From: Candidatus Heimdallarchaeota archaeon
Lineage (GTDB): Archaea; Asgardarchaeota; Heimdallarchaeia; JABLTI01
DNA length: 43,764 nt
Assembly (NCBI GenBank): GCA_019058275.1
Contig: JAHLVW010000079.1
Coordinates: 1-43,764, forward strand
Reading direction: 5' to 3'
The notes beneath the pieces were generated by a model, which was not told the origin of the DNA, ran no database searches, and saw only the letters and a program-made list of their open reading frames with translations. Below, in pieces: positions 1 through 8,620 of this stretch. Both the position numbers and the translations under genes were made by a program. The stretch's first letter is position 1. Each line of letters starts with the position of its first letter.

Positions 1-231
1 AAGTCACTTTTGAAACATAAGAGAGAAATATTTTTGAAAAAGTTATTTCTACTCTCTCTTTCATATCAAATTCGTTTTTTCAAAAAATAGTTTGAAAAAG
101 ATTATACTGAAGATTTTTGTGATAGAAAAGAACTATTCATCTCCATGTGCCGGATTACTATCGTTAAAAAAAACCCTTCGATCAGTTCCTCTTCTTCCTC
201 AGTTTCCTTATCCTCTTTTTTCTTTCCTCAT
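1..231 (-). pseudogene. Possible degraded 5' end of an unknown gene
   Basis: The ATG at 231 has a good archaeal RBS (AGGTGATT) upstream, but its frame stops after 7 codons. A shifted frame reads GKKKEDKETEEEEELIEGFF and also stops early. No family recognised. Confidence 0.2.
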
Positions 232-393
232 GATTTAATCACCTAATTTTTTTCTCAATGAATATAATAACTAAGAAATGAGAATACCTTTTCCATTTTA
301 AGAAAGCTATTGAAATACAATATTTAATCATTACATATTAATTACCAAAATATTTTTTATTTCACACAATTTCTAATAAATCGGGTTATAAGT

Positions 394-1227
394 GTGCCAA
401 AAGTTAACATAGAAATTTCTCCACTAACTTTTGCTAAAATCATTGATTGGAGTTCTTCAAATACAGAAAGAGAAATAGGTGGTTATCTTATCGGTTTGGT
501 TTCTGAGAATAAAGTAACTATCACTGATGCTATTTTTGCTACTGCACAATCAAATCCCACATTTGTATCTTTTGATAATATGATTCAATTTAAAATAATT
601 AAGGAATTAGAGAAGAAAGGTAGCAGTGAGACTATTCTTGGTTGGTTTCACACCCATCCAGGTATGGGTTGTTTTCTTTCTGGAACTGACATAGCTACTC
701 AGAAGGTTTATCAAGCGTTGCTTCCAGAAGCTGTTGCTATGGTTAATGATGGTAACCTTTTTGCTCAATCAAGAAATCAAAAAGATTTCAAAGCTCATTT
801 CTATCGTGTTGGTAAAGAAAATAAGTATAATGAAGTAAGTTTCGGTGTGATTACAGATCCTAATGAACTTCTTGATTTGCTAACTGATTTTGTACAAGCT
901 GAGGAGAGTGTAGAAAATATTGTTACAAGTACTGTTCAGCATATGTCAATGAATGTAAAGGATTTTATTGAAGTTATAGCTGAAGACAAATTGGTAGCCA
1001 AAAAGGCATTTGATAATGAATCTACATTGATTAAGAAAGCAATTGCTCAAACAAGGAAAGATATTGAATCTAAACATAACACTTTAGAAAAGCAATTGAA
1101 AGATGATTCATTAAAGCTAAAGAAGAATTCACGCATTTTTAGTTTAGTAACGATAATTTCGCTTGTATTTTCATTGTTAAGTTTGGCTGGTATAATTACA
1201 CTGATTATTCTGAACTACCTTCCTTAA
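394..1227 (+). CDS. JAMM/MPN+ metallo-isopeptidase (Rpn11/CSN5-like) with C-terminal coiled coil and transmembrane tail
   Basis: N-terminal E(IGGYLIG) plus GWFHTHPGMGCFLSGTD gives the complete E..HxH(x7)SxxD JAMM motif. The C-terminus IFSLVTIISLVFSLLSLAGIITLIIL is hydrophobic. Confidence 0.9.
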   Translation: MPKVNIEISPLTFAKIIDWSSSNTEREIGGYLIGLVSENKVTITDAIFATAQSNPTFVSFDNMIQFKIIKELEKKGSSETILGWFHTHPGMGCFLSGTDIATQKVYQALLPEAVAMVNDGNLFAQSRNQKDFKAHFYRVGKENKYNEVSFGVITDPNELLDLLTDFVQAEESVENIVTSTVQHMSMNVKDFIEVIAEDKLVAKKAFDNESTLIKKAIAQTRKDIESKHNTLEKQLKDDSLKLKKNSRIFSLVTIISLVFSLLSLAGIITLIILNYLP

Positions 1228-1244
1228 TTCATCAGTCTTTCATT

Positions 1245-2023
1245 CTAATCTTCCCAATAGATCATTAATTCATGTTCTTCTGGATCGGTATACCCTAATT
1301 TTAGAGCTAAACCTACTGAGGGTTTATTTGCTGCATCCCATCTAGGATCATAATCATTTTCTAAACTATATTCAATTAGATGAGCACACATCACTGTTGC
1401 TAATCCTTTTCTACGATGATCTGGATGAATTTCAACATCTAATTCAAAGGCATTTTCATAAAGAAGACCACCATTTGTTACATCTGCAATTATCTTACCA
1501 TCACTTATAGCACAATAGCCAAACCCATGTTTTTTGAAATATTCCAGTGAACCAACATAACGAATAATTTTCTTCTTTGTTTTTTCTTCAAACTTTTCAA
1601 TTATTTCATCATTGATTTTTACTATTTCATAACTATCAGGAATATTTCTTTTCAGCTTTCTGATATGTTCGATATCTAAATTAGTTGAAGAGAATTTAGT
1701 TCTTGGTTTTGATTTTAATTTATCTCCAAATTGCTCATTAACTAATGCTTTCCATTTATCATTTGGACAGATAAAACCTGATTTATTTGGTATTTTTGAT
1801 AGTAGTTTCTTAGCAGTTTCTCCTTCACCTAAACCACCAAAAACATTTATGTTGGTCTTTCTCCAAACATTAACATCGCATTTTTAGGATTATTTAAATC
1901 ATCAACAAATACTTTTCCTAAATCACTTACAAGCAATCCCAAAGCAATTGCTTCCAAATACTTATGTTCCTTGAATAAGGGGAGAAGTTCATCTCTTTTA
2001 TCCTGTGGATATTCGTATATCAT
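1245..2023 (-). pseudogene. GNAT-family acetyltransferase interrupted by a single frameshift near 1860-1870
   Basis: Manual translation: ATG 2023 MIYEYPQDKRDELLPLFKEH...NPKNAMLMF, then a shifted frame WRKTNINVFGGLG...HGFGYCAISDGKII...FELDVEIHPDHRRKGLATVMCAHLIEYSLENDYDPRWDAANKPSVGLALKLGY to TAG at 1245. Acetyl-CoA motif HRRKGLA is present. Absent from the ORF track. Confidence 0.85.
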
Positions 2024-2172
2024 CTTGAAAATAACTCCATTTATTAAGAAATAAAAATAATAAAAGTAAATTATGATTACTCTGTGATAATAATAGAAAA
2101 AATTACCTCTTAATTGCTTAAAAGGAAAGCTATTTGAAGGATTTCTGATGAAAGATATTTGAGGTAAGTGCT

Positions 2173-2901
2173 TTGGGGCAAAGTAAGAAGAATATCAAAG
2201 AATTGATTGAAGAACTTGAAGATTGGGATGTAGCCACTCGAGAGGAAGCAGCAAAAACCCTTGGTGATACAGGTGAGGAGAAAGCAATTGATGCTTTGCT
2301 AAAAGCTCTTTTGAAAGATCAATCTGAAGATGTACGAGCTGCTTCTGCACGTTCTTTAGGTAAATTTTATGAAAACAAAAAAATTGCGAAAGAACTAGGC
2401 GTTCTTTTTGAAGAAGAAATTTCTCCAATAGTTAGGATTGCTATAGCTTATTCAATTGGTAATTTAGAAAATATCTCAGCTGCAAAACTTATGATCCCAA
2501 TTTTAGAGCGAGAAGAATCAATTTGGGTTAGAGAAGCCATTATCGAAGCATTTGGTAAAATGAAATCCAAGGAATTTACCCAGTATATTTTGAAACACCT
2601 AAAGGAAGATCCGTCTCAAGAAGTTCGAGTTCAAGCTGCTACATCTTTGCTTACAAATACAGATCCAACAATTTTAAATAATCTGTTATTAATTTTTCAA
2701 AGCGAAACTTCTGATGAAGTTAAAAGTCGTATAACAGAAGTGATTTCAACAATTCCTGATTTGAAATCTGTTGAAATATTAACTGCTGCACTTGAAGATG
2801 ATGAATTTAAATTAACACGAGCTACAGCTTCTGAAGCCTTATTTAGAATTGCCAAAAAACTAGGTTTCAAAGATGAAAATGATATGATTGATTCTACCTG
2901 A
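2173..2901 (+). CDS. HEAT/PBS-lyase repeat protein
   Basis: About 31-aa repeats: REEAAKTLG, VRAASARSLG, VRIAIAYSIG, VREAIIEAFG, VRVQAATSL, TRATASEAL. Confidence 0.9.
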   Translation: MGQSKKNIKELIEELEDWDVATREEAAKTLGDTGEEKAIDALLKALLKDQSEDVRAASARSLGKFYENKKIAKELGVLFEEEISPIVRIAIAYSIGNLENISAAKLMIPILEREESIWVREAIIEAFGKMKSKEFTQYILKHLKEDPSQEVRVQAATSLLTNTDPTILNNLLLIFQSETSDEVKSRITEVISTIPDLKSVEILTAALEDDEFKLTRATASEALFRIAKKLGFKDENDMIDST

Positions 2902-3020
2902 GAATATGATTTCATTTGATAGTAGAAAAGTTTCTGATTCTTACAATTAAATTATAGGATAATAATTTAAAAATCATTAAAGAGTAATTCAGCTTACATT
3001 ACAAGTATTATCTTGGTGCC

Positions 3021-4169
3021 TTGTATATGAATAATAGTGGGTCTACTGTTGGTGATTCTAAAGTGAAAGAGGAAAAACCTTCCAAAACAACTACAAATAG
3101 AAAAATTGACCATCTCGAAATTTGTTGTGATGATAACTATGATGTTGAAATGTCTAAAAGTACTGGATTTGAAGACATTCTATTCGTTCATAAAGCTGCT
3201 CCAGAAATAAATTTCGATGAAATAACATTAGATACTCAGTTCTTGAAACACAAATTTAACTTTCCAATTTTCATTTCACCAATAACTGGTGGTGCAAAAG
3301 AGGGAAAGAAAATCAATAAAATGCTTGGAAAAATAGCAGAAGAATACTCAATTGGAATTGGGGTCGGCAGTCAACGAGCAGCTCTAGAAGATAGCTCTCT
3401 AGAAAGTACTTTCAAGGTTGTCCGAGAGAACGCCCCAACGGCTTTTGTAGCAGCAAACCTTGGTGCAATTCAACTCAATAATGATTATGGTTTAGAAGAA
3501 GTAAACAATGCTATAGAGATGATTTCTGCAAACGCTCTTGTTCTTCACCTAAATCCATTGCAAGAAATTATCCAACCAGAGGGAGAAACAAATTTCCGCA
3601 ACTTGATTCCTAAAATTGCTAAAATGAGCAAAGAACTCAAACAACCCGTAATAGTAAAGGAAATCGGTTCAGGAATTGCTCTTGAAGAAGCAAATAAGCT
3701 AGTAAGAGCTAATGTTGCAGCTATTGACATCGCCGGAGCAGGGGGGACAAGTTGGTCAAAGGTTGAAGCCATACGTGCAAATCAACAAGGTTATGATGTG
3801 AATAGTCGAGTAGGAGAGTTATTTGGTAATTGGGGAATACCTACTGCTTACAGTACATTAGAAGTTAGTCTACTGAAAGATAAAATCGAAATCATTTCAT
3901 CTGGTGGAATACGTAACGGTTTGCAAGCTGCAAAAGCATTAGCAATTGGAGCAAAGTTAGTAGGCATAGCTCTACCAATAGTTCGATTAAGCTATACCTC
4001 AACAGAAAAACAATTAGTTAATTACATAGAACAGTTTATACAAGAATTGAAAACAACAATGTTTCTAGTCGGAGCTAAAAATCTAGATGAATTAAAACAG
4101 GTGCCTTTAGCTTTTGTTGGTAAAATTGCTCAATGGTTAACAGCAAGAGGTTTCAATTTACAAGAATAA
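3021..4169 (+). CDS. fni: Type 2 (FMN-dependent) isopentenyl-diphosphate delta-isomerase
   Basis: Motifs RKIDHL, ITGG, GVGSQRAAL, HLNPLQE.IQPEG, KEIGSG, AGAGGTSW, WGIPT, SGGIR. The true start may be the ATG at 3027. Confidence 0.97.
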   Translation: MYMNNSGSTVGDSKVKEEKPSKTTTNRKIDHLEICCDDNYDVEMSKSTGFEDILFVHKAAPEINFDEITLDTQFLKHKFNFPIFISPITGGAKEGKKINKMLGKIAEEYSIGIGVGSQRAALEDSSLESTFKVVRENAPTAFVAANLGAIQLNNDYGLEEVNNAIEMISANALVLHLNPLQEIIQPEGETNFRNLIPKIAKMSKELKQPVIVKEIGSGIALEEANKLVRANVAAIDIAGAGGTSWSKVEAIRANQQGYDVNSRVGELFGNWGIPTAYSTLEVSLLKDKIEIISSGGIRNGLQAAKALAIGAKLVGIALPIVRLSYTSTEKQLVNYIEQFIQELKTTMFLVGAKNLDELKQVPLAFVGKIAQWLTARGFNLQE

Positions 4170-4185
4170 AATATTCGAGGTTAAA

Positions 4186-5016
4186 ATGATGAGTATATTT
4201 CCAGAGGATGACTCTCCAATAAAAGAAGATTTGGAACCACTAATTCAGACACTCGAAAATGATCCAGATTGGAATAAGCGTTTTGGATCTGCTAGTAAAT
4301 TATTTAGATTAGGGAGAGAGAAAGCAGTAGATCCTTTGATAAAAGCATTGCAGAATGACAAACATAAAGAAATACGAAGATTTGCAGCAAATCTTCTTGG
4401 AAGGTTGGGTGATCCAAGAGCAACTTGGGCACTTATTGCTACATTAAGACAAGCATTAATTGAAAAAGATGCTACCATAACACACCAAGCAAGTAAATCA
4501 CTATTGCTTATTGGTGGAAGCGATTTACCTTCGATTTTAGCAAGTACGATTGATGATCATGAAGAATTTTTTGAAATGAGAGCTAAAGCAATTGAACTAC
4601 TAGGTAAAATTGGTGATTCAAAAAGTGTTGAATATCTCATAAAAGCGATTAATAATCCTGATACAGATGGAAAACTACGTGGAAGAGCAATAAAAGAGCT
4701 AGTTAATACCGGGCATCTTGCAGGTTTACAATTGATTCTTGATTTACTTGAAATATCTTCAAACAAAGCTTTTCAGAAGATTGTAGTTAGTTCACTAAGA
4801 AAAACACCATTCAAAAACAGAACAATAATTTTTCGAATTGGAGACTCACTATTAAAAATCTTGGAGCATGAAGAAAGTAAAAGAAAGGATAAAGATGAAG
4901 AACTCTCTAAACTAGTTGCAAATGCTTTAAAGCAATTTTCAGACAACATCAATCTTGAATTTAAAGCATTTCTTGATGAGATAATTGTTATTCGTAAGAA
5001 ACAAAAAGGAAAATAG
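4186..5016 (+). CDS. HEAT/PBS-lyase repeat protein
   Basis: Repeats RRFAANLLGRLGDPRA and RAKAIELLGKIGDSKSVEYL; starts 16 bp after the fni stop. Confidence 0.88.
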   Translation: MMSIFPEDDSPIKEDLEPLIQTLENDPDWNKRFGSASKLFRLGREKAVDPLIKALQNDKHKEIRRFAANLLGRLGDPRATWALIATLRQALIEKDATITHQASKSLLLIGGSDLPSILASTIDDHEEFFEMRAKAIELLGKIGDSKSVEYLIKAINNPDTDGKLRGRAIKELVNTGHLAGLQLILDLLEISSNKAFQKIVVSSLRKTPFKNRTIIFRIGDSLLKILEHEESKRKDKDEELSKLVANALKQFSDNINLEFKAFLDEIIVIRKKQKGK

Positions 5017-5074
5017 TCCTCCTTAAGGAAAAATTTAAAATACTGTTCTTATTTTTGCGAAGATAAGGTATTTA

Positions 5075-5135
5075 CCTCAAGCGATGACCAGCCAATTAAA
5101 TTATCAATGTTGATTGGCGATGAGGAAGCTCGAGG
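5075..5135 (+). promoter_or_regulatory. rpl7ae 5' leader hairpin with kink-turn-like motifs (candidate L7Ae autoregulatory element)
   Basis: CCTCAAGC pairs with GCTCGAGG and GCCAATTAA pairs with TTGATTGGC. Each stem strand is followed by GATGA (box C-like). The 3' arm overlaps the GAGGAGG RBS of rpl7ae. Confidence 0.7.
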
Positions 5136-5149
5136 AGGAATAATAACAA

Positions 5150-5521
5150 ATGAGCAAACCATTTTACGTTAATGTAGATGTACCAGCAGAATTGAAACTA
5201 GAAGCCTTAAAGGTTCTTGAGAAAGCCAGAGACACTGGCAAAACCAAAAAAGGTACAAATGAAACAACAAAAGCAATTGAAAGAAACACAGCTAAGCTTG
5301 TTCTTATTGCTGATGATGTTCAGCCTCAAGAAATTGTAATGCATTTACCACTTCTCTGTGAAGAGAAGAATATCCCTTACATTGTTTGTGGATCAAGAAA
5401 AGATCTTGGTAAAGCAATAGGTTTAGATCGTCCTTCTGCAAGTGCAGGTATCACTAATCCAGGCAATGCAAAGGATGCTTTAGATGCCCTTGTGAAGAAA
5501 CTTGCAGCATTGAAGAAATAA
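5150..5521 (+). CDS. rpl7ae: 50S ribosomal protein L7Ae
   Basis: [45 protein letters not shown]. Confidence 0.98.
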   Translation: MSKPFYVNVDVPAELKLEALKVLEKARDTGKTKKGTNETTKAIERNTAKLVLIADDVQPQEIVMHLPLLCEEKNIPYIVCGSRKDLGKAIGLDRPSASAGITNPGNAKDALDALVKKLAALKK

Positions 5522-5547
5522 TTATCACTAAATAAGAAGGTTAAGAA

Positions 5548-5796
5548 ATGAGCAGAAGAGCACCTAGAGATTCGGGTAGTGAATCTAAAGACAGATCCTA
5601 TCCCGCTGAAATTGTTCAAGTCGTAGCTCGTACAGGAGTAACCGGTGAAGTTCTTCAGTGCAAAGTACGCGTTTTAGAAGGACCAGACAGAATGAGAATT
5701 ATCACTCGTAATGTTAAAGGGCCCATTAGAGTTGGCGATATTTTAATCCTTCGTGAAACTGAGCGAGAAGCTCGACGAATGAGAGGAAGAAGATAA
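5548..5796 (+). CDS. rps28e: 30S ribosomal protein S28e
   Basis: [16 protein letters not shown]...[23 protein letters not shown]. Confidence 0.98.
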   Translation: MSRRAPRDSGSESKDRSYPAEIVQVVARTGVTGEVLQCKVRVLEGPDRMRIITRNVKGPIRVGDILILRETEREARRMRGRR

Positions 5797-5822
5797 CTTA
5801 ACAAGTACAAGGAGAAATTGAA

Positions 5823-6044
5823 ATGAAAGAACAAACTTGTGCTTTTTGTGCATCCCTTATAGAACCAGGAACTGGTACCATGTTTGTAAAAAATGATGGA
5901 TCTATTTTGTGGTTCTGTTCTCGTAAGTGTCGAGTTTCAATGATGGATTTCAAGAGAAACCCAAGAAAACTCAAATGGACCGAGCGATACGAACAAAAGA
6001 TTCTTACTGGTGGACGATCCAGGAGAAGAAGAAGAAGAAGCTAA
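5823..6044 (+). CDS. rpl24e: 50S ribosomal protein L24e
   Basis: CAFC...IEPGTG.MFVKNDG....FCSRKC...RNPRKLKWT, in the conserved rpl7ae-rps28e-rpl24e order. Confidence 0.98.
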   Translation: MKEQTCAFCASLIEPGTGTMFVKNDGSILWFCSRKCRVSMMDFKRNPRKLKWTERYEQKILTGGRSRRRRRRS

Positions 6045-6052
6045 TAACCTTA

Positions 6053-6100
6053 GAGTTTTTAGTTTCATTTCTTTTATTTTTTATCTATTTTTTAATTTCC
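6053..6100 (+). terminator. Oligo-T archaeal terminator after the r-protein operon
   Basis: Several T4-T6 tracts directly after the rpl24e stop. Confidence 0.55.
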
Positions 6101-6207
6101 AACTTATTTTTGTTAAAAACAACAAATTATTATTAAAGAACACTCATAGAGTGTTAAATAATAAGAAAGAATTTCTGTTATAAGATAAGTAAAGGTGTTT
6201 AGAGATT

Positions 6208-6831
6208 ATGAAGTATCAAGCTGATTTGGATAAAGCACAAAAACTAGAAGCAGAAGGTAAAAATGTTGAAGCAGCCAAAATATATGAGGAAATAGGTACC
6301 AAATGCTTGCGTGAGGAAGGAGAAGAAAGAAAAACGGCACCAAAAATTATTGCTAAAAGTATTGCAAGATATTTACTAGCTGAGAAGTTAATGAACGCTC
6401 AAGATCTTGCATTCCAAGTTATTTTTATGAAGGATGAAGATCCGTTCCTATCTCTACAAATTGAAGCAGCAATTTCTGCAAAAACGAATTTAGTTAGAGC
6501 ATTTTTTGTTGATAAACTTCCTGATGAATTGACAGATGATTATGAGGTTTTTCAAAGAATTCCTCAAAACAGAAAAGTATTGAAAATAGACAATGAAGTA
6601 ACTATTAAGAAAATGTGGGAATATACTGTCTTCAGTGAATATAAGAAAAAATATGACCTTATCGAGCAAAAGTTTCCAAGCGCAAAAGAAATGATTAATT
6701 TCATTCTTTCAACTATGACAGGAATAACAATTATAGGCGCAGAAACCGCAAGTGGAAAGAAGATTTTTGTTCAAATTGCTGTTACTTTTAATCAAGACTC
6801 AATAGAAGTTATTGGAATGAATACAAGTTAA
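6208..6831 (+). CDS. Hypothetical protein with helical (TPR-like) N-terminus
   Basis: 207-aa ORF with upstream AAGGTG RBS. N-terminus AQKLEAEGKNVEAAKIYEEIG resembles a TPR helix pair; family not recognised. Confidence 0.75.
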   Translation: MKYQADLDKAQKLEAEGKNVEAAKIYEEIGTKCLREEGEERKTAPKIIAKSIARYLLAEKLMNAQDLAFQVIFMKDEDPFLSLQIEAAISAKTNLVRAFFVDKLPDELTDDYEVFQRIPQNRKVLKIDNEVTIKKMWEYTVFSEYKKKYDLIEQKFPSAKEMINFILSTMTGITIIGAETASGKKIFVQIAVTFNQDSIEVIGMNTS

Positions 6832-6865
6832 CTGTATTTATTCTCTTTTTTAATGTAAAAATAAG

Positions 6866-7172
6866 TGGCAAGTCCCCAAGCTCGTTGACTAAACTAAAGC
6901 CCCGCTACCAGCAGTTACCTCCACGCCGCACCCCCAGAGGCATGCTTAACGAGACGGACGGACGCTCACTTCCGTGCCTAACCGATTTGATCTCTACACT
7001 TTCTTACCCTGCCCTCCGGCGAGGGTTTCCATGATTAAACATCTTCTAGGACGTCGTTTCGACGGCTTCCATTGGGCGCTTGAATTAATCTCATCACCTC
7101 AAATGGGTCTTTGACCGGCTATAGAGCATTTACCGTTACAGAGTAGCCCTAGCACCCCGCCTAGACTTGCCA
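6866..7172 (-). ncRNA. ffs: Archaeal signal recognition particle (7S) RNA
   Basis: GC-rich 307-nt island. The termini pair (TGGCAAGTC/GACTTGCCA, helix 1). Alu-domain TGTAAC motif, helix 6 CCCTCGCC-GGAG-GGCAGGG, helix 8 AGGCAC-GGAA-GTGAGC. TATA-like TTTTAAAG lies about 25 nt upstream and a T-tract lies downstream. Confidence 0.95.
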
Positions 7173-7359
7173 AGTTTTTTGTGAACGTTTAGCTTTAAAA
7201 ATCATTCCGTTTGCAAGGATTTTTTAAATAAAGACTCATGGGAGATTCTTCCTAGATATTTACACGATAAGTTTTAAACCATCGATTTAATTAACAAGAA
7301 TATATTCATTGTTATTGGCATAAGTTCAAACAGAGTTTTCCTTCATTTGCTAAAATATT

Positions 7360-7554
7360 GGTGAAGAGACTTTTGATATTCTGGGAATTGATGATATTTC
7401 CACAGACAAGGAATTAACAGTTATTGTAAAAGACAAACAAGGCTCTGAAAAGAAGTTCAAAGTACTTGCAAGATTAGATTCATAAGTAGAGGTCGAATAT
7501 TACAAAAACAGTGGCATATTACATAAAGTATTAAGAACTATGATAAGTGAATGA
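7360..7554 (+). pseudogene. acnA: C-terminal remnant of aconitase A (swivel-domain end) with an internal stop
   Basis: Manual translation GEETFDILGIDDISTDKELTVIVKDKQGSEKKFKVLARLDS*VEVEYYKNSGILHKVLRTMISE* matches the AcnA C-terminal pattern R.D..VE.EYY.NGGIL..VLR. In-frame TAA at 7483; no 5' portion. Confidence 0.8.
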
Positions 7555-7567
7555 TTTATTCAATCAT

Positions 7568-8575
7568 TTACTTGCATTTTTTGAAGAGCGTTTCCAACAT
7601 CTGACAACCTTTGCAAATTTTACTGCTTGATGGTTCAGAGCATATCTTACATAGTTGAATGGTTTCCTTTTCGTTGTCATTGTTTTTAGTAGTCAATAAT
7701 TCTTCTGAACATTTTTTACTAATAGTTTCCATGCTATTTCTAATTGAGTTCAAAGTACCTGGGTATTTCGCTTCAATTTCAGTGACAAAATTTCTAACAT
7801 CCAGACGCATTGCTTCTACTGCATAAGGACATTCAGTTGTGTGATAAGTTATCTCATTGTAGAAAGCATATAAAACAACATCACGTTCAGCAACATTTTG
7901 CAATGGTTTCACTCTAGGTACAAATAATTCATGAACCTTTTCGGGTTTAAGATCTCCTCTCAAGAGTTTATTTGCATCTCCACGTAACAGATTTAACATA
8001 ATTGTTTGTGAGACATCATTCAGATTATGACCTGTAGCTACTTTATCACCATCTAATTTCCTTGCAGCAATATTTAATGCTTTTCTACGAAAAACTCCAC
8101 AAAATGAACATGGTCGATGTTGGATCAATTTTGTTTGTCGTGTTGAAGGTAGTTTTGCTTGTAATTCTCTAGAACGAGTAACGATATCATCTAATGAATA
8201 ACCAAACAAATCCTTGAATGAAAATAGATGAAATTCAATATCAAGCCTTTTTGCATTCATTTCAGCTATAGGTAAACCGTCTTCGCGATAATTGGATATA
8301 CCTTCATCTATACAGACAGCAATCAATTCAGAAGGGAACTTGTGTTCAATTTTAGATAGAACATCTAGTAAAATAGTGCTATCTTTACCACCAGATAATC
8401 CAACAATGATTCGATCATTTCTTTTGAAAAATTTCTTTTGTCCAATCGTTTTTTTGACAGTAGCAATCACCCATTTTGAGAAGCAGTCCTTGCATAGGTA
8501 TCTTCCATCAATTCTGCGATATGTTACTGCTGGTTTTTTATCGCATGCATAACATATTGGAGGTTGATTGCTCAT
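7568..8575 (-). CDS. tRNA 2-thiolation protein, TtuA/Ctu1/NcsA family (PP-loop ATPase)
   Basis: SGGKDS PP-loop, PCSFCGVFRR, ATGHN, ECPY, and N- and C-terminal CxxC zinc fingers. Confidence 0.93.
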   Translation of the reverse strand: MSNQPPICYACDKKPAVTYRRIDGRYLCKDCFSKWVIATVKKTIGQKKFFKRNDRIIVGLSGGKDSTILLDVLSKIEHKFPSELIAVCIDEGISNYREDGLPIAEMNAKRLDIEFHLFSFKDLFGYSLDDIVTRSRELQAKLPSTRQTKLIQHRPCSFCGVFRRKALNIAARKLDGDKVATGHNLNDVSQTIMLNLLRGDANKLLRGDLKPEKVHELFVPRVKPLQNVAERDVVLYAFYNEITYHTTECPYAVEAMRLDVRNFVTEIEAKYPGTLNSIRNSMETISKKCSEELLTTKNNDNEKETIQLCKICSEPSSSKICKGCQMLETLFKKCK

Positions 8576-8620
8576 AGATTTTGGACTCCAAATTTAGTTT
8601 AAGTTAAATTTCTTTAATAA

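Noticed and set aside
5083-5124. SECIS element or C/D box sRNA suggested by the two ATGA motifs
   Set aside because: No in-frame TGA selenoprotein nearby and no CTGA D boxes; the position at the rpl7ae RBS favours an L7Ae leader.
6021-6041. AGA tandem microsatellite
   Set aside because: It simply encodes the poly-Arg tail of L24e.
6866-7172. GC-rich island considered as RNase P RNA, tRNA or a novel ncRNA
   Set aside because: It lacks the RNase P GAGGAAAGUCC motif and any tRNA cloverleaf, while the SRP helix 1, Alu, helix 6 and helix 8 motifs explain it.
7483-7485. Stop-codon readthrough in the aconitase fragment
   Set aside because: The stop is TAA and the rest of the gene is missing, so decay is the simpler explanation.
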